A DNA stretch of 64,000 nt, taken from assembly GCA_035507575.1 (NCBI GenBank), contig DATJNY010000006.1:1930-65929 (forward strand), read 5' to 3'. The notes below the pieces were generated by a model, which searched no databases, was not told the origin of the DNA, and saw nothing but the letters and a program-made list of their open reading frames with translations. Every line of letters starts with the position of its first letter. The stretch's first letter is position 1. Of this stretch, positions 1-12,734 are shown one piece after another. Origin of the DNA: Thermoplasmata archaeon (GTDB lineage: Archaea > Thermoplasmatota > Thermoplasmata > Lutacidiplasmatales > UBA184). The position numbers were made by a program, and so were the translations under genes.

Positions 1-71
1 CTACCCCCAGCCGGTCCTCGGGGCGATCCAGTCCGCCGCCTACCACTTCGTGAGCCTGGGAGCGTGAGGGC

Positions 72-1172
72 ATGGAGCGCTACGACGTCGTCGTGGTCGG
101 CGCGGGTCCGGCGGGATCGGTCGCCGCGCGGGCCGCCGCCGAAGGGGGCGCGCGCACGCTCCTCGTGGATCACCGGCCCGAGCTCGGCCACCCCGTGCAG
201 TGCGGGGAGTTCGTCCCCGCCCCCGAGGAGCTCGCCGACCTGTTCGACGCGCCCGACCTGATCGGCCGTTCGTTCGACATCCCCGCCGGCACCGTCCTCC
301 GGGCGACGCGCTGGATGAGCTGCGTCGGGCCGTACGGTCGGCGGTTCCGTTTCCCGCTCGCGGGGTTCACCGTGTCGCGACGGGCGTTCGACAAGGCGCT
401 CGCCTACCGGGCGGAGGGGGCGGGCGCGGAGCTGCGGCACCCGGTCGGCGTGACGGGACTCCACGGCCGGGAGATCCGCCTCGCCGGGGGCGGCGCGGTC
501 GAAGCGCGGGTCGTGGTGGCCGCGGACGGGCCGCTCTCAACGATCGGCCACTCGGTGGGGTTCGTGCCCCGCCGCACGATGTTCCGGATGATCACCGCGA
601 CCACGGACGGGCCGCTTGACGACGAGATCGAGCTCCACTTCGGGTCCGGCGCCCCCGGCGGCTATGCGTGGCGGTTCCCGCGGGCCCACGACGCGAACGT
701 CGGGCTCGGGGTGACGCGGGTGCCTCCGGGGCGATCGCTCGACGCCCTCCTCCGGGAGTTCGCAGCGACCGAGGCGTGGGGTCCGACGCGGGAGCCGACC
801 CGCTGGTGGGTGCCGGTCGGCCCCCCGCCGGAGCAGCTCGTCCACGGGATCGCCCTGTTCGCCGGCGATGCCGCGAATCTCGTCATGGCGACGAACGGCG
901 GAGGGATCCCCACGGCGATGATGAGCGGCCGGCTCGCGGGCGAAGCCGCGGCGGCGCACGTACGGACGGGCGCCCCGCTCGCGGAGTACGACCGGGCCTG
1001 GAAGTCCGCCTTGTACGCCCCGCTGGCGCGCGGGGCCCGCATCCAGGCGTTCGGGGAGCGGTTCGTCGCCTACGACCCCCTCGTCGCGCTGGGCATGCGC
1101 TATATCGGGGCGTCGGGTCTCGACGCGATGATGCGGCTGCGGTGGCCCGCGCGTCTCGGAGGCGGCTCGTGA
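72..1172 (+). CDS. FAD-dependent geranylgeranyl reductase family protein (archaeal lipid saturation type)
   Basis: 366-aa ORF. It has an N-terminal FAD Rossmann motif (YDVVVVGAGPAGS...LLVD) plus GEFVP and FAGDAA motifs. The next gene is a polyprenyl synthase joined by a GTGA overlap. Confidence 0.8.
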   Translation: MERYDVVVVGAGPAGSVAARAAAEGGARTLLVDHRPELGHPVQCGEFVPAPEELADLFDAPDLIGRSFDIPAGTVLRATRWMSCVGPYGRRFRFPLAGFTVSRRAFDKALAYRAEGAGAELRHPVGVTGLHGREIRLAGGGAVEARVVVAADGPLSTIGHSVGFVPRRTMFRMITATTDGPLDDEIELHFGSGAPGGYAWRFPRAHDANVGLGVTRVPPGRSLDALLREFAATEAWGPTREPTRWWVPVGPPPEQLVHGIALFAGDAANLVMATNGGGIPTAMMSGRLAGEAAAAHVRTGAPLAEYDRAWKSALYAPLARGARIQAFGERFVAYDPLVALGMRYIGASGLDAMMRLRWPARLGGGS

Positions 1173-2227
1173 CGAGTCCTCCGAACGGCACCGATTCGCT
1201 GGAGCCGTCGCTCGAGGCCGTCGTCTCCGAGACGTTCGGGGCGGCCGCGCTCTCGGAGGTCCAGAGCCTCCTGCCCGTGCTCGTCCGCGACCTCTCCGAC
1301 ATCGACTGGCGGCTCCACCAGGTCCTCGGCTCCACGTACGCGCAGCTGACCGAGGCGGCCCGGTACGCCTGCTCGACCGGCGGGAAGCGGGTCCGCCCGC
1401 TCTTGATGGCGGTCGCGCACCGGTCGCTCGGGGCCGAGTCGACCCGGCCGATCCACTCCCTCGCGGCGGCGTTCCAGCTGATCCACACCGCGACCCTCGT
1501 CCACGACGACGTGATCGACCACGCCGAGACGCGCCGGGGTCGTCCGTCGATGCCCCGCGCGTTCGGGATCCCCCTCGCGATCGTCTCGGGCGACTACCTC
1601 TTCGTCCGGGCGTTCGAGCTCGCCGCGGAGTACCCCCGCTCGATCATCCTCAAGTGCGGCGAGGCGTGCGCGGACCTCGTCGAGGGGGAGGTCCTCCAGG
1701 AGTCGTCCCGGTTCGAGCTCTCGACCGGGCGGGAGCACTACTTCCGGATCGTGGAGCGGAAGACGGCGGCGATCATCGCCGCGGCGCTCTCCTCGGTCGC
1801 CGAGATCGCCGAGGTGACGCCGCCCGCGGCCGACGCGCTCACCGGCTATGGGAAGTCCCTCGGCGTCGCGTTCCAGATCCGCGACGACCTCCTCGACATC
1901 TACGGCGACGCCGACCTCCTCGGGAAGCCGCTCTTCACGGACTTCCGCGAGGGGAACCCGACCCTCGTCTCCCTAGAAGCGTTCGCGCGCCTCGACCCGA
2001 AGCGCCAGGCGGAGTTCGAGGGCCTGTTCCAGCTCCGCCACAAGCGGACGAAGCACCTGCTGCGCCTGAAGGAGCTCACCGACCTCACCGACGCCGGCGC
2101 GGAGGTCGCCGCGGAGGCGTCCCGTTGGGCGGACCGGGCCGTCCGGGCCCTCGAACCGATCCCGTTCGGGCCGTACCGCCACCTCCTCGAACTGCTCGCG
2201 CGCGGGGCGGCCGACCGCCGCTTCTAG
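1169..2227 (+). CDS. Polyprenyl (geranylgeranyl) diphosphate synthase
   Basis: Both Asp-rich motifs are present (LVHDDVIDH and FQIRDDLLD). An in-frame GTG at 1169 overlaps the upstream TGA. The earlier part of track ORF 668..2227 is an Arg-rich shadow of the reductase gene. Confidence 0.8.
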   Translation: MTSPPNGTDSLEPSLEAVVSETFGAAALSEVQSLLPVLVRDLSDIDWRLHQVLGSTYAQLTEAARYACSTGGKRVRPLLMAVAHRSLGAESTRPIHSLAAAFQLIHTATLVHDDVIDHAETRRGRPSMPRAFGIPLAIVSGDYLFVRAFELAAEYPRSIILKCGEACADLVEGEVLQESSRFELSTGREHYFRIVERKTAAIIAAALSSVAEIAEVTPPAADALTGYGKSLGVAFQIRDDLLDIYGDADLLGKPLFTDFREGNPTLVSLEAFARLDPKRQAEFEGLFQLRHKRTKHLLRLKELTDLTDAGAEVAAEASRWADRAVRALEPIPFGPYRHLLELLARGAADRRF

Positions 2228-2290
2228 CCCGGCGGCTCGAACGCAAGCTACAAATTCTGCCGGCAGGCTCGAACGGGCACCGGGGCCCCC

Positions 2291-2743
2291 ATGAGCTCGA
2301 GTTCGTCCTCCGCATCCTCGGCGGACGGCGCCGTCACGTTCGACCGGTTGCCGCCCCGCTGGGAGCCGACGCCGGTGATCCCGCAACGCCCGCTCGGCGT
2401 CGCGGTCCTCGCGGTGCTGATCGCGCTCTTCGCACTCGTGCTCCTGCTCGCCGGGGTCTTCTTCCTGCTCGCGAGCTACTTCGGGCCGTTCGTGCCGTCG
2501 TCGCTCGAGGTGATCCCGTCGCTGGACGTCTGGGGTGCGGCGATCGTCGCGATCCTCGGGGCCGCCCTGCTCGGGGTCGCGACGGCGCTCTGGAACCAGG
2601 AGACGTGGGCGCTCTGGACGACGATCGTCCTCGTCTTCGCGACGACGACGTACCTGTTCTTCACCGAGTCGATCACCGTCCTCCTCCTGATCTTCATCGT
2701 GCTGTTCGTCTACCTTATCTCGGTGCGCCGATACTTCTACTGA
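2291..2743 (+). CDS. Hypothetical integral membrane protein
   Basis: 150 aa with a poly-Ser N-terminus followed by about four hydrophobic helices (for example [26 protein letters not shown]). No family recognised. Confidence 0.5.
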   Translation: MSSSSSSASSADGAVTFDRLPPRWEPTPVIPQRPLGVAVLAVLIALFALVLLLAGVFFLLASYFGPFVPSSLEVIPSLDVWGAAIVAILGAALLGVATALWNQETWALWTTIVLVFATTTYLFFTESITVLLLIFIVLFVYLISVRRYFY

Positions 2744-3564
2744 TGCGCCTCCTGCTCGCGCAGCTCGCGCCCCGGCCGGGCGATGTCGGGGCGAACGTCG
2801 AGCGGATCCGGTCGGCGGTCTCCGTCGCTCCGGTCGACCTCGCCATCTTCCCCGAACTGTTCCTCTCGGGCTACCGCGTCGGGGACCGGATCCATCGGCT
2901 CGCGCTCCGCGAGGGGGACGCGCCGACCTCCGCCCTCCGGGCGATCGCGCGCGAGTCCCGCGCGACGCTCGTCGTCGGGGCGCCGCTCGTCTCGCCCGAG
3001 CGCGCCGGCGAGGTCCAGAACGCCGTCCTCGCCGTTCGGCCGGACGGCGAGATCTACGTCCAGGTGAAGCGGTACCTGCCGACGTTCGGCCCGTTCGAGG
3101 AGGGACAGCACTACACGCCGACCGACGAGAGCCATCCCGTCCCGGTGCAGGCCCGCTCCGTCGGGCTCGAGATCTGCTACGACACGTTCTTCCCCGAGGT
3201 CTCCCGGGCCCTCGCGCTGGAGGGCGCGGAGCTCCTCGTCGTCGTCTCCGCGTCGCCCACCACGAGCGGCCCGCTCTTCGCGCGCCTGCTGCCCGCGCGG
3301 GCGATCGAGAACGGCTGCCCGGTGGTCTACGTGAACCGGGTCGGGGTCGAGGACGGCGTCGTGTTCGGCGGCGGGTCGGGGGCATGGGACTCTCGCGGGG
3401 AACCGATCGCGACGACGGCGCTCTCGGCGAGCGGTCTCGCTCCCGAGGAGGCGCTCCTCACGCTCGAGATCGACGTCGTCGACGCGGCCCGGTGGCGTCC
3501 GTTCCGCCCGGTCCTGCGCGACGTGGCGACCCGACCGGGCGGGCGTCCCCCGGCGGCCGGCTAA
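2743..3564 (+). CDS. Carbon-nitrogen hydrolase (nitrilase superfamily)
   Basis: The ATG at 2743 forms a TGATG junction with the upstream stop. Glu-Lys-Cys triad contexts are present ([26 protein letters not shown]). The upstream part of track ORF 1654..3564 is low-complexity. Confidence 0.75.
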   Translation: MRLLLAQLAPRPGDVGANVERIRSAVSVAPVDLAIFPELFLSGYRVGDRIHRLALREGDAPTSALRAIARESRATLVVGAPLVSPERAGEVQNAVLAVRPDGEIYVQVKRYLPTFGPFEEGQHYTPTDESHPVPVQARSVGLEICYDTFFPEVSRALALEGAELLVVVSASPTTSGPLFARLLPARAIENGCPVVYVNRVGVEDGVVFGGGSGAWDSRGEPIATTALSASGLAPEEALLTLEIDVVDAARWRPFRPVLRDVATRPGGRPPAAG

Positions 3565-4337
3565 CGGATCCCCAGCAGCACGCGATTCTCGAGGATCTGC
3601 CAGACGACGTCCGTGGTGCGGAAACCGGCGGCCCGCAACCGCCGCACGTGCTGGGCGAGCGTCACTTCGCGCTCCTTCGGGTGCCCCGCCTCGCGCCGAT
3701 CGTGCTCGGCGAACGCGTCCGCGAGCGCGGGGTCCTTGCGCGCATCGACCCACCACTCCCGCCACGCCTGCCACTCCTTCGCCCGTCGGATCTGCCGCCG
3801 CCGAAGGAAGATCCGCACCGTGCCGGCGCCGATCCGCCGGAGGTCCCGCTGAGCCGGCTCCCAGGGAAGGTAGTCTCCGTTCAGGAACACCCCGCGCGGC
3901 CGGATCGCCCGACCGAGGTCGGAGTAGAGCCGCGAGAGCTGCGCGGGCGTGAGCCAGTGGAGGGCCGTGGTGCTCACGGCCGCATCGAACCGGCGCGAGG
4001 GAAGCGCGGACCTCCAGCCCGGCGCCCCGAGCTTCGCGTCGACCCAGGTGAGCCGGCCGCCGAAGGTGCCGAGCGCGCCCTGACCGATCCGGCGGACGAC
4101 GGGATCGTAGTCGACGGCGAACGACCGGGCCGCCGGAAACCGACGCAGGATCCGGGCGCTGAACGAGCCCGGACCCGCCCCGAGGTCGAGCACGGTGAAT
4201 CGGCGGCCGAGCTGGGCCTCGAGCACGTCCATCATCGTGGTGAACCGCGCCTCGCGCGTCGGGTTGAACGACTCCTGCTGCCGGTCCCAGCGATCGAGCC
4301 AGCGGGTCCAGTGCGCGCGCCCGGGTTCGTGCGGCAT
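3561..4337 (-). CDS. Class I SAM-dependent methyltransferase
   Basis: Motif I ([11 protein letters not shown]) and a later [10 protein letters not shown] are present. The ATG at 4337 lies about 27 nt downstream of a CCTTATTC box. Its stop overlaps the convergent stop (CTAA at 3561..3564). Confidence 0.7.
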   Translation of the reverse strand: MPHEPGRAHWTRWLDRWDRQQESFNPTREARFTTMMDVLEAQLGRRFTVLDLGAGPGSFSARILRRFPAARSFAVDYDPVVRRIGQGALGTFGGRLTWVDAKLGAPGWRSALPSRRFDAAVSTTALHWLTPAQLSRLYSDLGRAIRPRGVFLNGDYLPWEPAQRDLRRIGAGTVRIFLRRRQIRRAKEWQAWREWWVDARKDPALADAFAEHDRREAGHPKEREVTLAQHVRRLRAAGFRTTDVVWQILENRVLLGIR

Positions 4338-4360
4338 CGTGCGCCCACGCGGACCGGACG

Positions 4361-4368
4361 GAATAAGG
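4361..4368 (-). promoter_or_regulatory. Putative TATA-like box (CCTTATTC on the minus strand) for the leaderless methyltransferase transcript
   Basis: An AT-rich box in a GC-rich spacer, centred about 27 nt upstream of the ATG at 4337. Confidence 0.4.
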
Positions 4369-4428
4369 CCGTCGCACCCGGGTCCGGCCGCCCGGCCCCC
4401 GAGCGCATCGCTCAACTCGAACGAGGGC

Positions 4429-4435
4429 CTTATAG
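4429..4435 (+). promoter_or_regulatory. Putative TATA box (CTTATAG) for the leaderless top6B transcript
   Basis: Centred 29 nt upstream of the GTG at 4461. It shares a GGCCTTAT core with the divergent box at 4361..4368. Confidence 0.45.
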
Positions 4436-4460
4436 CGGCGGCCGCGCCCCCCTCCGCTCG

Positions 4461-6479
4461 GTGACCCCGCCTCCCACCATCGCGCAACAGCTGGCGGCGA
4501 AGCAGCGCGAGATCTCCGTCGCGGAGTTCTTCGAGCGGAACCGCCAGATCCTCGGGTTCGACAACCCGCAACGCGCCCTCCTCACGACGGTCAAGGAGGG
4601 CGTCGACAACAGCCTCGACGCGGCCGAGGAGGCTCGCGTCCTCCCCGAGGTCCAGGTCGAGATCTCGAAGGAGTCCGAGGAGCGCGTCCGCGTCGCGATC
4701 ACCGACAATGGCCCGGGCATCCTCCGCAAGGAGATCCCGAACGTCTTCGCGCGACTACTCTACGGATCGCGGTTCCACTCGAACCGCCAGGCGCGGGGCC
4801 AGCAGGGGATCGGCATCTCGGCGGCGGTACTGTACGCCAACCTGACGACGGCCCGACCCGCCCACATCACGTCGAAAGTCGAAGAGGAGGAGGCGGCCCA
4901 CGTCCTCGACCTCGTCATCGACACCCAGAAGAACCAGCCGCGGGTCGTGAACGAGGACGTCGCCCTGTGGGATCGGGAGCATGGGACGCGGGTCGAGCTC
5001 GTCCTGAAGGCTCGGTACATCCGCGGCCGGCAGTCCCCCTACGAATACCTGCGCGGTACCGCGATCGTCAACCCCCATGCGCGCATCGTCCTCGTGGAAC
5101 CCGACGGGACCCGGGTCACCTTCGAGCGCGCGGCGCAGGAGCTGCCCGTCCTCGCGAAGGAGACCCTCCCCCATCCGTACGGCCTCGAGCTCGGCGAGCT
5201 CGGCTACTTGCTGAAGGCGACCCGACGGCCCAATCTCGGTGAGTTCCTCTCCAAGGATCTCGCCGGGGTCGCCCCGCGGGGGGCCCGCGAGATCTTCGAG
5301 AAGTCCGGGCTCCGGCCGACGCGTCCGCCGGCGTCGATCCAGGGCGTGGAGCAGGAGAAGTTGCTCGCCGCCCTTCACGAAGTGCCGCTCGTCGCGCCGT
5401 CCGGCGAGTGCCTCTCCCCGATCGGGGCGGTCCTGATCAAGCGGGGGCTACGGAACGTGCTCGGCGAACTGCGGCCCGAGTTCTACGCGCCGCCGGTGAG
5501 CCGACCCCCGAAGGTCCGCGGCGGATTCCCGTTCATGGTCGAGATCGGGCTCGTCTACGGTGGGGGCCTCCCCCCCGACCAGCCGGTCCAGATCCTCCGG
5601 TTCGCGAACCGCGTGCCGCTCCTGTTCCAGCAAGGGGCGTGCGCGATCACCAACGCGATCTCGAACCTGGACTGGCGGCGGTACGGCCTCGAGCAGAAGG
5701 GCGGCTCGGGACTCCCGTCCGGCCCGGCGGTGATCCTGGTGCACGTCGCCTCGACGAAGATCCCGTTCACGAGCGAGGCGAAGGAAGCCGTCGCAGAGGA
5801 CCCGGAGATCGACAAGGAGCTGACGCTCGCCCTCCAGGCGGCGGCCCGGCACCTGCGGGCCCACATCTCCCGGATGAGCCGCCGGAATTTCGCGAGCGAC
5901 AAGTTCGCGATCATCCAGCGGATCCTTCCGAAACTCGCCGAGAAGACGAGCGATCTCGTCGGAAAGCCCGCCCCGGATCTGACCCCGGTCATCACGCGCA
6001 TCATGGACGTCGTGAACGTCGAGACGCGCCTCACGAGCGAGGGGGGCGAGGTCCGGATGCCGGTCGAGGTGACGAACTACACCCCGCGGCCCCGGGTGCT
6101 CGAGCTGTTCGTGGAGATCCCGCCCGACGAATTCGCGGTCGCGACCTTCGCGCCCGCGCCCGAGGGCACGGAACCGGGCCTCGGCCGGGCGTGGTGGACC
6201 CTCCCGAAGCTCGCCCCGAACGAGCGGGCGCAGATCGAGGTCAAGTTCCCGCCGAAGACCGACGTGGATCAGAGCGACCTGGACTGGTACGTGGCGGGGA
6301 TCGACGAGGCCCACGTGCTCGGGGCCGATCCGCTGCCCGGGGACTGGGACGTGCGGCTGCCCCGGACGATCGTCGAAGCGGCCGAAGCCGCCGCGGCCGA
6401 GTCGACCGCGTCGCCGGACGAAGAGGAGGTGGATTACGATGCCGCCGAGTCGGGCGCGCCCGCGAGCGACGAAGAGTGA
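4461..6479 (+). CDS. top6B: DNA topoisomerase VI subunit B
   Basis: GHKL ATPase motifs are present ([27 protein letters not shown]), followed by a transducer region. There is a C-terminal extension of about 140 aa ending in an acidic tail. GTG start at 4461. Confidence 0.9.
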   Translation: MTPPPTIAQQLAAKQREISVAEFFERNRQILGFDNPQRALLTTVKEGVDNSLDAAEEARVLPEVQVEISKESEERVRVAITDNGPGILRKEIPNVFARLLYGSRFHSNRQARGQQGIGISAAVLYANLTTARPAHITSKVEEEEAAHVLDLVIDTQKNQPRVVNEDVALWDREHGTRVELVLKARYIRGRQSPYEYLRGTAIVNPHARIVLVEPDGTRVTFERAAQELPVLAKETLPHPYGLELGELGYLLKATRRPNLGEFLSKDLAGVAPRGAREIFEKSGLRPTRPPASIQGVEQEKLLAALHEVPLVAPSGECLSPIGAVLIKRGLRNVLGELRPEFYAPPVSRPPKVRGGFPFMVEIGLVYGGGLPPDQPVQILRFANRVPLLFQQGACAITNAISNLDWRRYGLEQKGGSGLPSGPAVILVHVASTKIPFTSEAKEAVAEDPEIDKELTLALQAAARHLRAHISRMSRRNFASDKFAIIQRILPKLAEKTSDLVGKPAPDLTPVITRIMDVVNVETRLTSEGGEVRMPVEVTNYTPRPRVLELFVEIPPDEFAVATFAPAPEGTEPGLGRAWWTLPKLAPNERAQIEVKFPPKTDVDQSDLDWYVAGIDEAHVLGADPLPGDWDVRLPRTIVEAAEAAAAESTASPDEEEVDYDAAESGAPASDEE

Positions 6480-7581
6480 CGACGACGATCTGCCCAAGAT
6501 CCGCGCCGACGCCCTCCAGCCGACGCTCGACCTGGCGGAGCAGATCTACCGGCAGCTCTCGAACGGCGAGATCCCCCGGATGCGCCTGCCGCTGCGCACG
6601 AAGCAGAACCTGGCGTTCCAGACCCGGGACGGGGTCTGGCGTCTCGGCAAGGCGATGGGGACGCGGAGCGCGCGAAAGCTCGACGGCGCGTTGATGCTGC
6701 TCCGGACGTTCTATCTCGTCGATTTCATCAACGAGATGTCCCGCGACAAGAAGACGTCGACCCTGCGGGAACTCTACTACATCAGCGAGGCGTGGGAGGA
6801 CGCGAAGTTCCACAGCGAGGACGAGTCGAACCTCCTCATCGAGGACCTCGAGGTGATGTGCGAGCGCCTGCGCGAGGACTTCCGGCTGCATCCCGAGGAG
6901 AACGGCGCCTCGGTGATCGGCGACCTCACGATCAAGGAGAAGAACCGTAAGGGCGCGGTAAAGAAGATCAACTGCAAGGACGACGTCGGCGACGGCGGCT
7001 ACTCCCTCCCGTTCAATGTCGAGAAGGAGAAGATCGAGTTCGTGGGAACGAGCGCGAAGTTCGTGATCGCGATCGAGTGCGGCGGCATGGTCGATCGGCT
7101 CGCCGAGAACAACTTCGACGAGGACCAGGACGCCATCCTGCTGCATCTGAAGGGCCAACCGGCCCGCTCCACGAGACGCTTCCTCCGGCGGATCACGGAA
7201 GAGCTGAAACTCCCGGTCGTCGTGTTCACCGACGGCGACCCCTGGTCGTTCCGGATCTTCGCCAGCGTGGCGTACGGCGCCATCAAGACCGCGCACCTCT
7301 CGAGCTACCTCGCGACGCCCTCGGCGGAATTCCTCGGCGTGACGGCCTCGGACATCGAGAACTACGATCTGCCGTCCGACAAGCTCTCCGAGCAGGACGT
7401 CCGGGCGCTGCAGGCCGAGCTCACCGACCCCCGGTTCGGGACCGCGGATTGGCGCGCGGAGATCGAGCTCATGCTCAAGAACGGGAAGAAGGCCGAGCAG
7501 CAGTCGCTCGCGAAGTACGGCCTCAACTACGTGACCGAGCACTACCTGCCGGAGAAGCTGACCGAGATGGGGGTCCTGTAG
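6439..7581 (+). CDS. top6A: DNA topoisomerase VI subunit A (Spo11 family)
   Basis: Toprim Glu ([10 protein letters not shown]) and DxD ([10 protein letters not shown]) are present. A GGAGGTG Shine-Dalgarno-like element lies about 7 nt upstream. It overlaps the top6B end by 41 nt. Confidence 0.9.
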   Translation: MPPSRARPRATKSDDDDLPKIRADALQPTLDLAEQIYRQLSNGEIPRMRLPLRTKQNLAFQTRDGVWRLGKAMGTRSARKLDGALMLLRTFYLVDFINEMSRDKKTSTLRELYYISEAWEDAKFHSEDESNLLIEDLEVMCERLREDFRLHPEENGASVIGDLTIKEKNRKGAVKKINCKDDVGDGGYSLPFNVEKEKIEFVGTSAKFVIAIECGGMVDRLAENNFDEDQDAILLHLKGQPARSTRRFLRRITEELKLPVVVFTDGDPWSFRIFASVAYGAIKTAHLSSYLATPSAEFLGVTASDIENYDLPSDKLSEQDVRALQAELTDPRFGTADWRAEIELMLKNGKKAEQQSLAKYGLNYVTEHYLPEKLTEMGVL

Positions 7582-7713
7582 ACCCCCGAAGACGAGTTCG
7601 TGGACGCGCGCTCGACGGCGCCGGTGACGGCGGTTCGGTCTCTCGGGCCGGACGTCGTGGCGCGGAGCGTGACGTAGCGAGGCGGGCGGCCGTGACCCGG
7701 GCCGACGATAAGT

Positions 7714-7719
7714 CTTAAC
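7714..7719 (+). promoter_or_regulatory. Putative TATA-like box (CTTAAC) upstream of the aquaporin gene
   Basis: About 27 nt upstream of the ATG at 7744. Confidence 0.35.
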
Positions 7720-7743
7720 GGGCGGAATCGTTTCCTCGTCCGG

Positions 7744-8490
7744 ATGGGAACGTCGCTCGGCCAGCGATTCCTCGCCGAGTTCGTCGGCACGTACGTCCTG
7801 GTCCTCTCAATCGCGGGCGGGGTGGTCTTCTCCGACCACGGACCGATCACGGACCCCCTTGGGGTCGACCTCGTCGCCTCCCTCGCCCTCGGATTCGGGG
7901 TGCTCGGCGCCGCGTACGCGTTCGGCGACCTATCGGGGGCGTACTTCAACCCGGCGATCACGATCGGCGGATGGCTCGCGGGACGCCTGCCGGGACGGGA
8001 CGTCGTCCCGTACATCGTCGCGCAGGTGCTGGGGGGGATCACCGCGGCGGGCGTGGTGGCCGGTGTCGCCTACGGGAACCCGGCGGTGTTCGCGACCGCC
8101 CAGCACACCGCGATCGCCTCTCAAGGCTACGCCGGCAACGGCTCCCCGTACACCGTCGCGCTCGGCTCGGTGTTTCTCCTCGAGGTCGGACTGACGTTCG
8201 TCCTCGTCTTCGTCGCCCTCTTCGCGACGCGGTCCGAGGGGTCGACGAAGAATCTCGCACCGGTCGGGATCGCCCTGACGCTCGCGATGACCAACCTGAT
8301 CGCGATTCCGATCGACGGCGCGTCCGTCAACCCCGCGCGCAGCTTCGCCCCCGCACTCGTCGCGGCCGCCTGGCCCGGCAGCACGTGGGCGATCCAGCAG
8401 GACTGGGTGTTCTGGGTCGCCCCCATCCTCGGCGCGATCCTCGCGGCCCTGCTCGAGCGAGCGTTGCGGCCGACGCCCGGATCCCACTAG
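7744..8490 (+). CDS. Aquaporin / MIP family channel
   Basis: Two NPA boxes (YFNPAITIGG and SVNPARSFAP) and six hydrophobic segments. Confidence 0.9.
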   Translation: MGTSLGQRFLAEFVGTYVLVLSIAGGVVFSDHGPITDPLGVDLVASLALGFGVLGAAYAFGDLSGAYFNPAITIGGWLAGRLPGRDVVPYIVAQVLGGITAAGVVAGVAYGNPAVFATAQHTAIASQGYAGNGSPYTVALGSVFLLEVGLTFVLVFVALFATRSEGSTKNLAPVGIALTLAMTNLIAIPIDGASVNPARSFAPALVAAAWPGSTWAIQQDWVFWVAPILGAILAALLERALRPTPGSH

Positions 8491-8518
8491 CCGCCCGCGA
8501 ACGCGCGACCGCCCGCGC

Positions 8519-10984
<2,466 letters not shown>

Positions 10985-11401
10985 TCACGTTAACCCGACG
11001 GCCGCGTAGGTATCGGCGTTCAACCACCGGCCCGCCAACTCGGTCGGGGCGTAGACGAACGAGCCCGACGGCCCCCGCTCTCGCCGAAACGGAATCCCCT
11101 GCTCGTCAAACTCGGCCCGCTCGGCCCCGACCTCGACGACCTGCTCGGTCAGTCGCACCGGCACGGTGGTTCCGTCGCGGGCGAGCAGCAGCACGTCGTT
11201 CGGTTCATCGAGGACCACCCAGGCGACCGGCACGAGCAGGTGCAGGTGAATGAGCTTCGGGCGGAATCGACTCTCGGTCTCCGTCTCGGTGCGCGAGAAG
11301 AGCGCGACGTCCTCGTCGCCCACGCGCGCCATGCGCTGGAACTGGAACGAGCGCTGCCGGAACTCGAGCACGTTCACCTCGAGGTCGCCGGAGGTGAGCA
11401 C
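10985..11401 (-). CDS. Hypothetical protein
   Basis: 138-aa ORF with G/C-rich third positions. The GTG at 11401 lies 28 nt downstream of an ACTTATG box (11426..11432). An alternative ATG is at 11332. No family recognised. Confidence 0.4.
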   Translation of the reverse strand: MLTSGDLEVNVLEFRQRSFQFQRMARVGDEDVALFSRTETETESRFRPKLIHLHLLVPVAWVVLDEPNDVLLLARDGTTVPVRLTEQVVEVGAERAEFDEQGIPFRRERGPSGSFVYAPTELAGRWLNADTYAAVGLT

Positions 11402-11474
11402 GGGCCGCCGGACCCGGTGCGACTACATAAGTCGGCCTCGGTGAGGCGTTCCTCGCCGACCGGTCGCAAGCCAG

Positions 11475-11483
11475 CCTTATAAA
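11475..11483 (+). promoter_or_regulatory. Putative TATA box (CCTTATAAA) upstream of the eL41 gene
   Basis: About 43 nt upstream of the ATG at 11522. It is divergent from the box serving the 11401 gene. Confidence 0.4.
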
Positions 11484-11521
11484 CCGACGACCCTACCCGC
11501 GCCCGTTCGGGATCCATCGGG

Positions 11522-11629
11522 ATGAAACGTTCTTCGCGGGTTTGGAAGAAGCGCGGCCACATGCGCTGGAAGTGGCGCAAGAAGCGGATGCGCCGCCGCA
11601 TGCGCGCGCAGAAGATGCGGAAGCAGTAG
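11522..11629 (+). CDS. rpl41e: Ribosomal protein eL41 (too short for the ORF track)
   Basis: It translates to MKRSSRVWKKRGHMRWKWRKKRMRRRMRAQKMRKQ. The core MRWKWRKKRMRR matches eukaryotic/archaeal L41 (yeast [18 protein letters not shown]). A shorter form would start at the ATG at 11561. Confidence 0.6.
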   Translation: MKRSSRVWKKRGHMRWKWRKKRMRRRMRAQKMRKQ

Positions 11630-11695
11630 GCCGCCCGAGCGGCGCGGCATGGCGTGAAGGCGGGCGTACGCTACCGAGTGACGGGGTCGGTAGGG

Positions 11696-12727
11696 ATGGC
11701 GACACCGACGAACCATCAATGGCGGCTCCGCGAGCGACCGGTCGGCCCGACCGGGCCGAGCCATTTCACGTGGGCGGAGTCCCCGATCCCGCACGCGGGA
11801 GACGGGCAGTTCGTCGTCCGGAACGAGTGGATCTCCCTCGATCCCCACACGGCGTACGATCTCCGGACTTCCGAGGTGTCGCGCGGGTCGATCGCCCTCG
11901 GAGCGGTCGTTCCCTCGCTCGCGGTCGGTCGGATCGTCGAGAGCCGGCGTCCCGGCTTCGCCGTGGGGGACCGGGTCCTGGGCGTCTTCGGCTGGGAAGA
12001 GTACACGCTCACGGACGGGCAGGGAGCGTTCCCGACCACGAAACTCGCCGACGCAATCCCCGCTCCGCTCGCGTTGGGGGCCCTCGGTCTCACGGGGTTG
12101 ACCGCCTACTTCGGTACGCTCGAGGTCGGTCAGATCCGTCGGGGCGAGACCCTCCTCGTCTCGGGCGCGGCGGGAGCGGTCGGGTCTGTCGCCGCGCAGA
12201 TCGGGCGGATCGAAGGACTTCGCGTGGTCGCCGTGGCCGGGGGACCGGAGAAGTGCGCCTGGTTGCGCGCGGAGGCTCGGATCCCCGAGGTCATCGACTA
12301 CCGCAACGAGGATCTCGCCGCGCGGGTCGCGGAGCTCTGCCCGAAGGGGGTCGACGTCGTCTTCGACAACGTCGGCGGCCCGTTCCTCGACGTCGGGCTC
12401 GCGCGGCTGCGTCGCCGGGGCCGCGTCGTGCTGTGTGGCGCGATCTCCCGGTACGAGGCGGAGACCCCGCCGCCGGGACCGAAGAACTACGCGAACCTCA
12501 TCCTGCGTCACGGGCGGATGGAGGGCTTCCTCGTCACGGATTACGTCGATCGGTTCCCGGAGGCCCAGCGCGCGCTGTCGGGTTGGTTGCGCGCGGGGGA
12601 GATCCGGACCAAGGAGGACGTCGTGGTCGGCCTCGCCGAGACCCCGCGTGCGTTCGCGCGGCTCTTCCGCGGCGAGAATTTCGGCAAGCAGCTGGTGCGG
12701 CTCGATCCCGGCGCGTCGGACCGTTAG
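11696..12727 (+). CDS. NADP-dependent oxidoreductase, medium-chain dehydrogenase/reductase family (YncB/PTGR-like)
   Basis: Nucleotide motif LLVSGAAGAVGSVAAQ and typical MDR length. Start at the ATG at 11696 (the track start at 11654 is also possible). Confidence 0.8.
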   Translation: MATPTNHQWRLRERPVGPTGPSHFTWAESPIPHAGDGQFVVRNEWISLDPHTAYDLRTSEVSRGSIALGAVVPSLAVGRIVESRRPGFAVGDRVLGVFGWEEYTLTDGQGAFPTTKLADAIPAPLALGALGLTGLTAYFGTLEVGQIRRGETLLVSGAAGAVGSVAAQIGRIEGLRVVAVAGGPEKCAWLRAEARIPEVIDYRNEDLAARVAELCPKGVDVVFDNVGGPFLDVGLARLRRRGRVVLCGAISRYEAETPPPGPKNYANLILRHGRMEGFLVTDYVDRFPEAQRALSGWLRAGEIRTKEDVVVGLAETPRAFARLFRGENFGKQLVRLDPGASDR

Positions 12728-12734
12728 GCTCCGC

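Noticed and set aside
1973-4377. Minus-strand ORFs 1973..3385 (470 aa) and 2737..4377 (546 aa)
   Set aside because: They are Arg/Pro/Gly-rich and overlap the polyprenyl synthase, the membrane protein, the C-N hydrolase and (out of frame) the methyltransferase, all of which have recognisable motifs.
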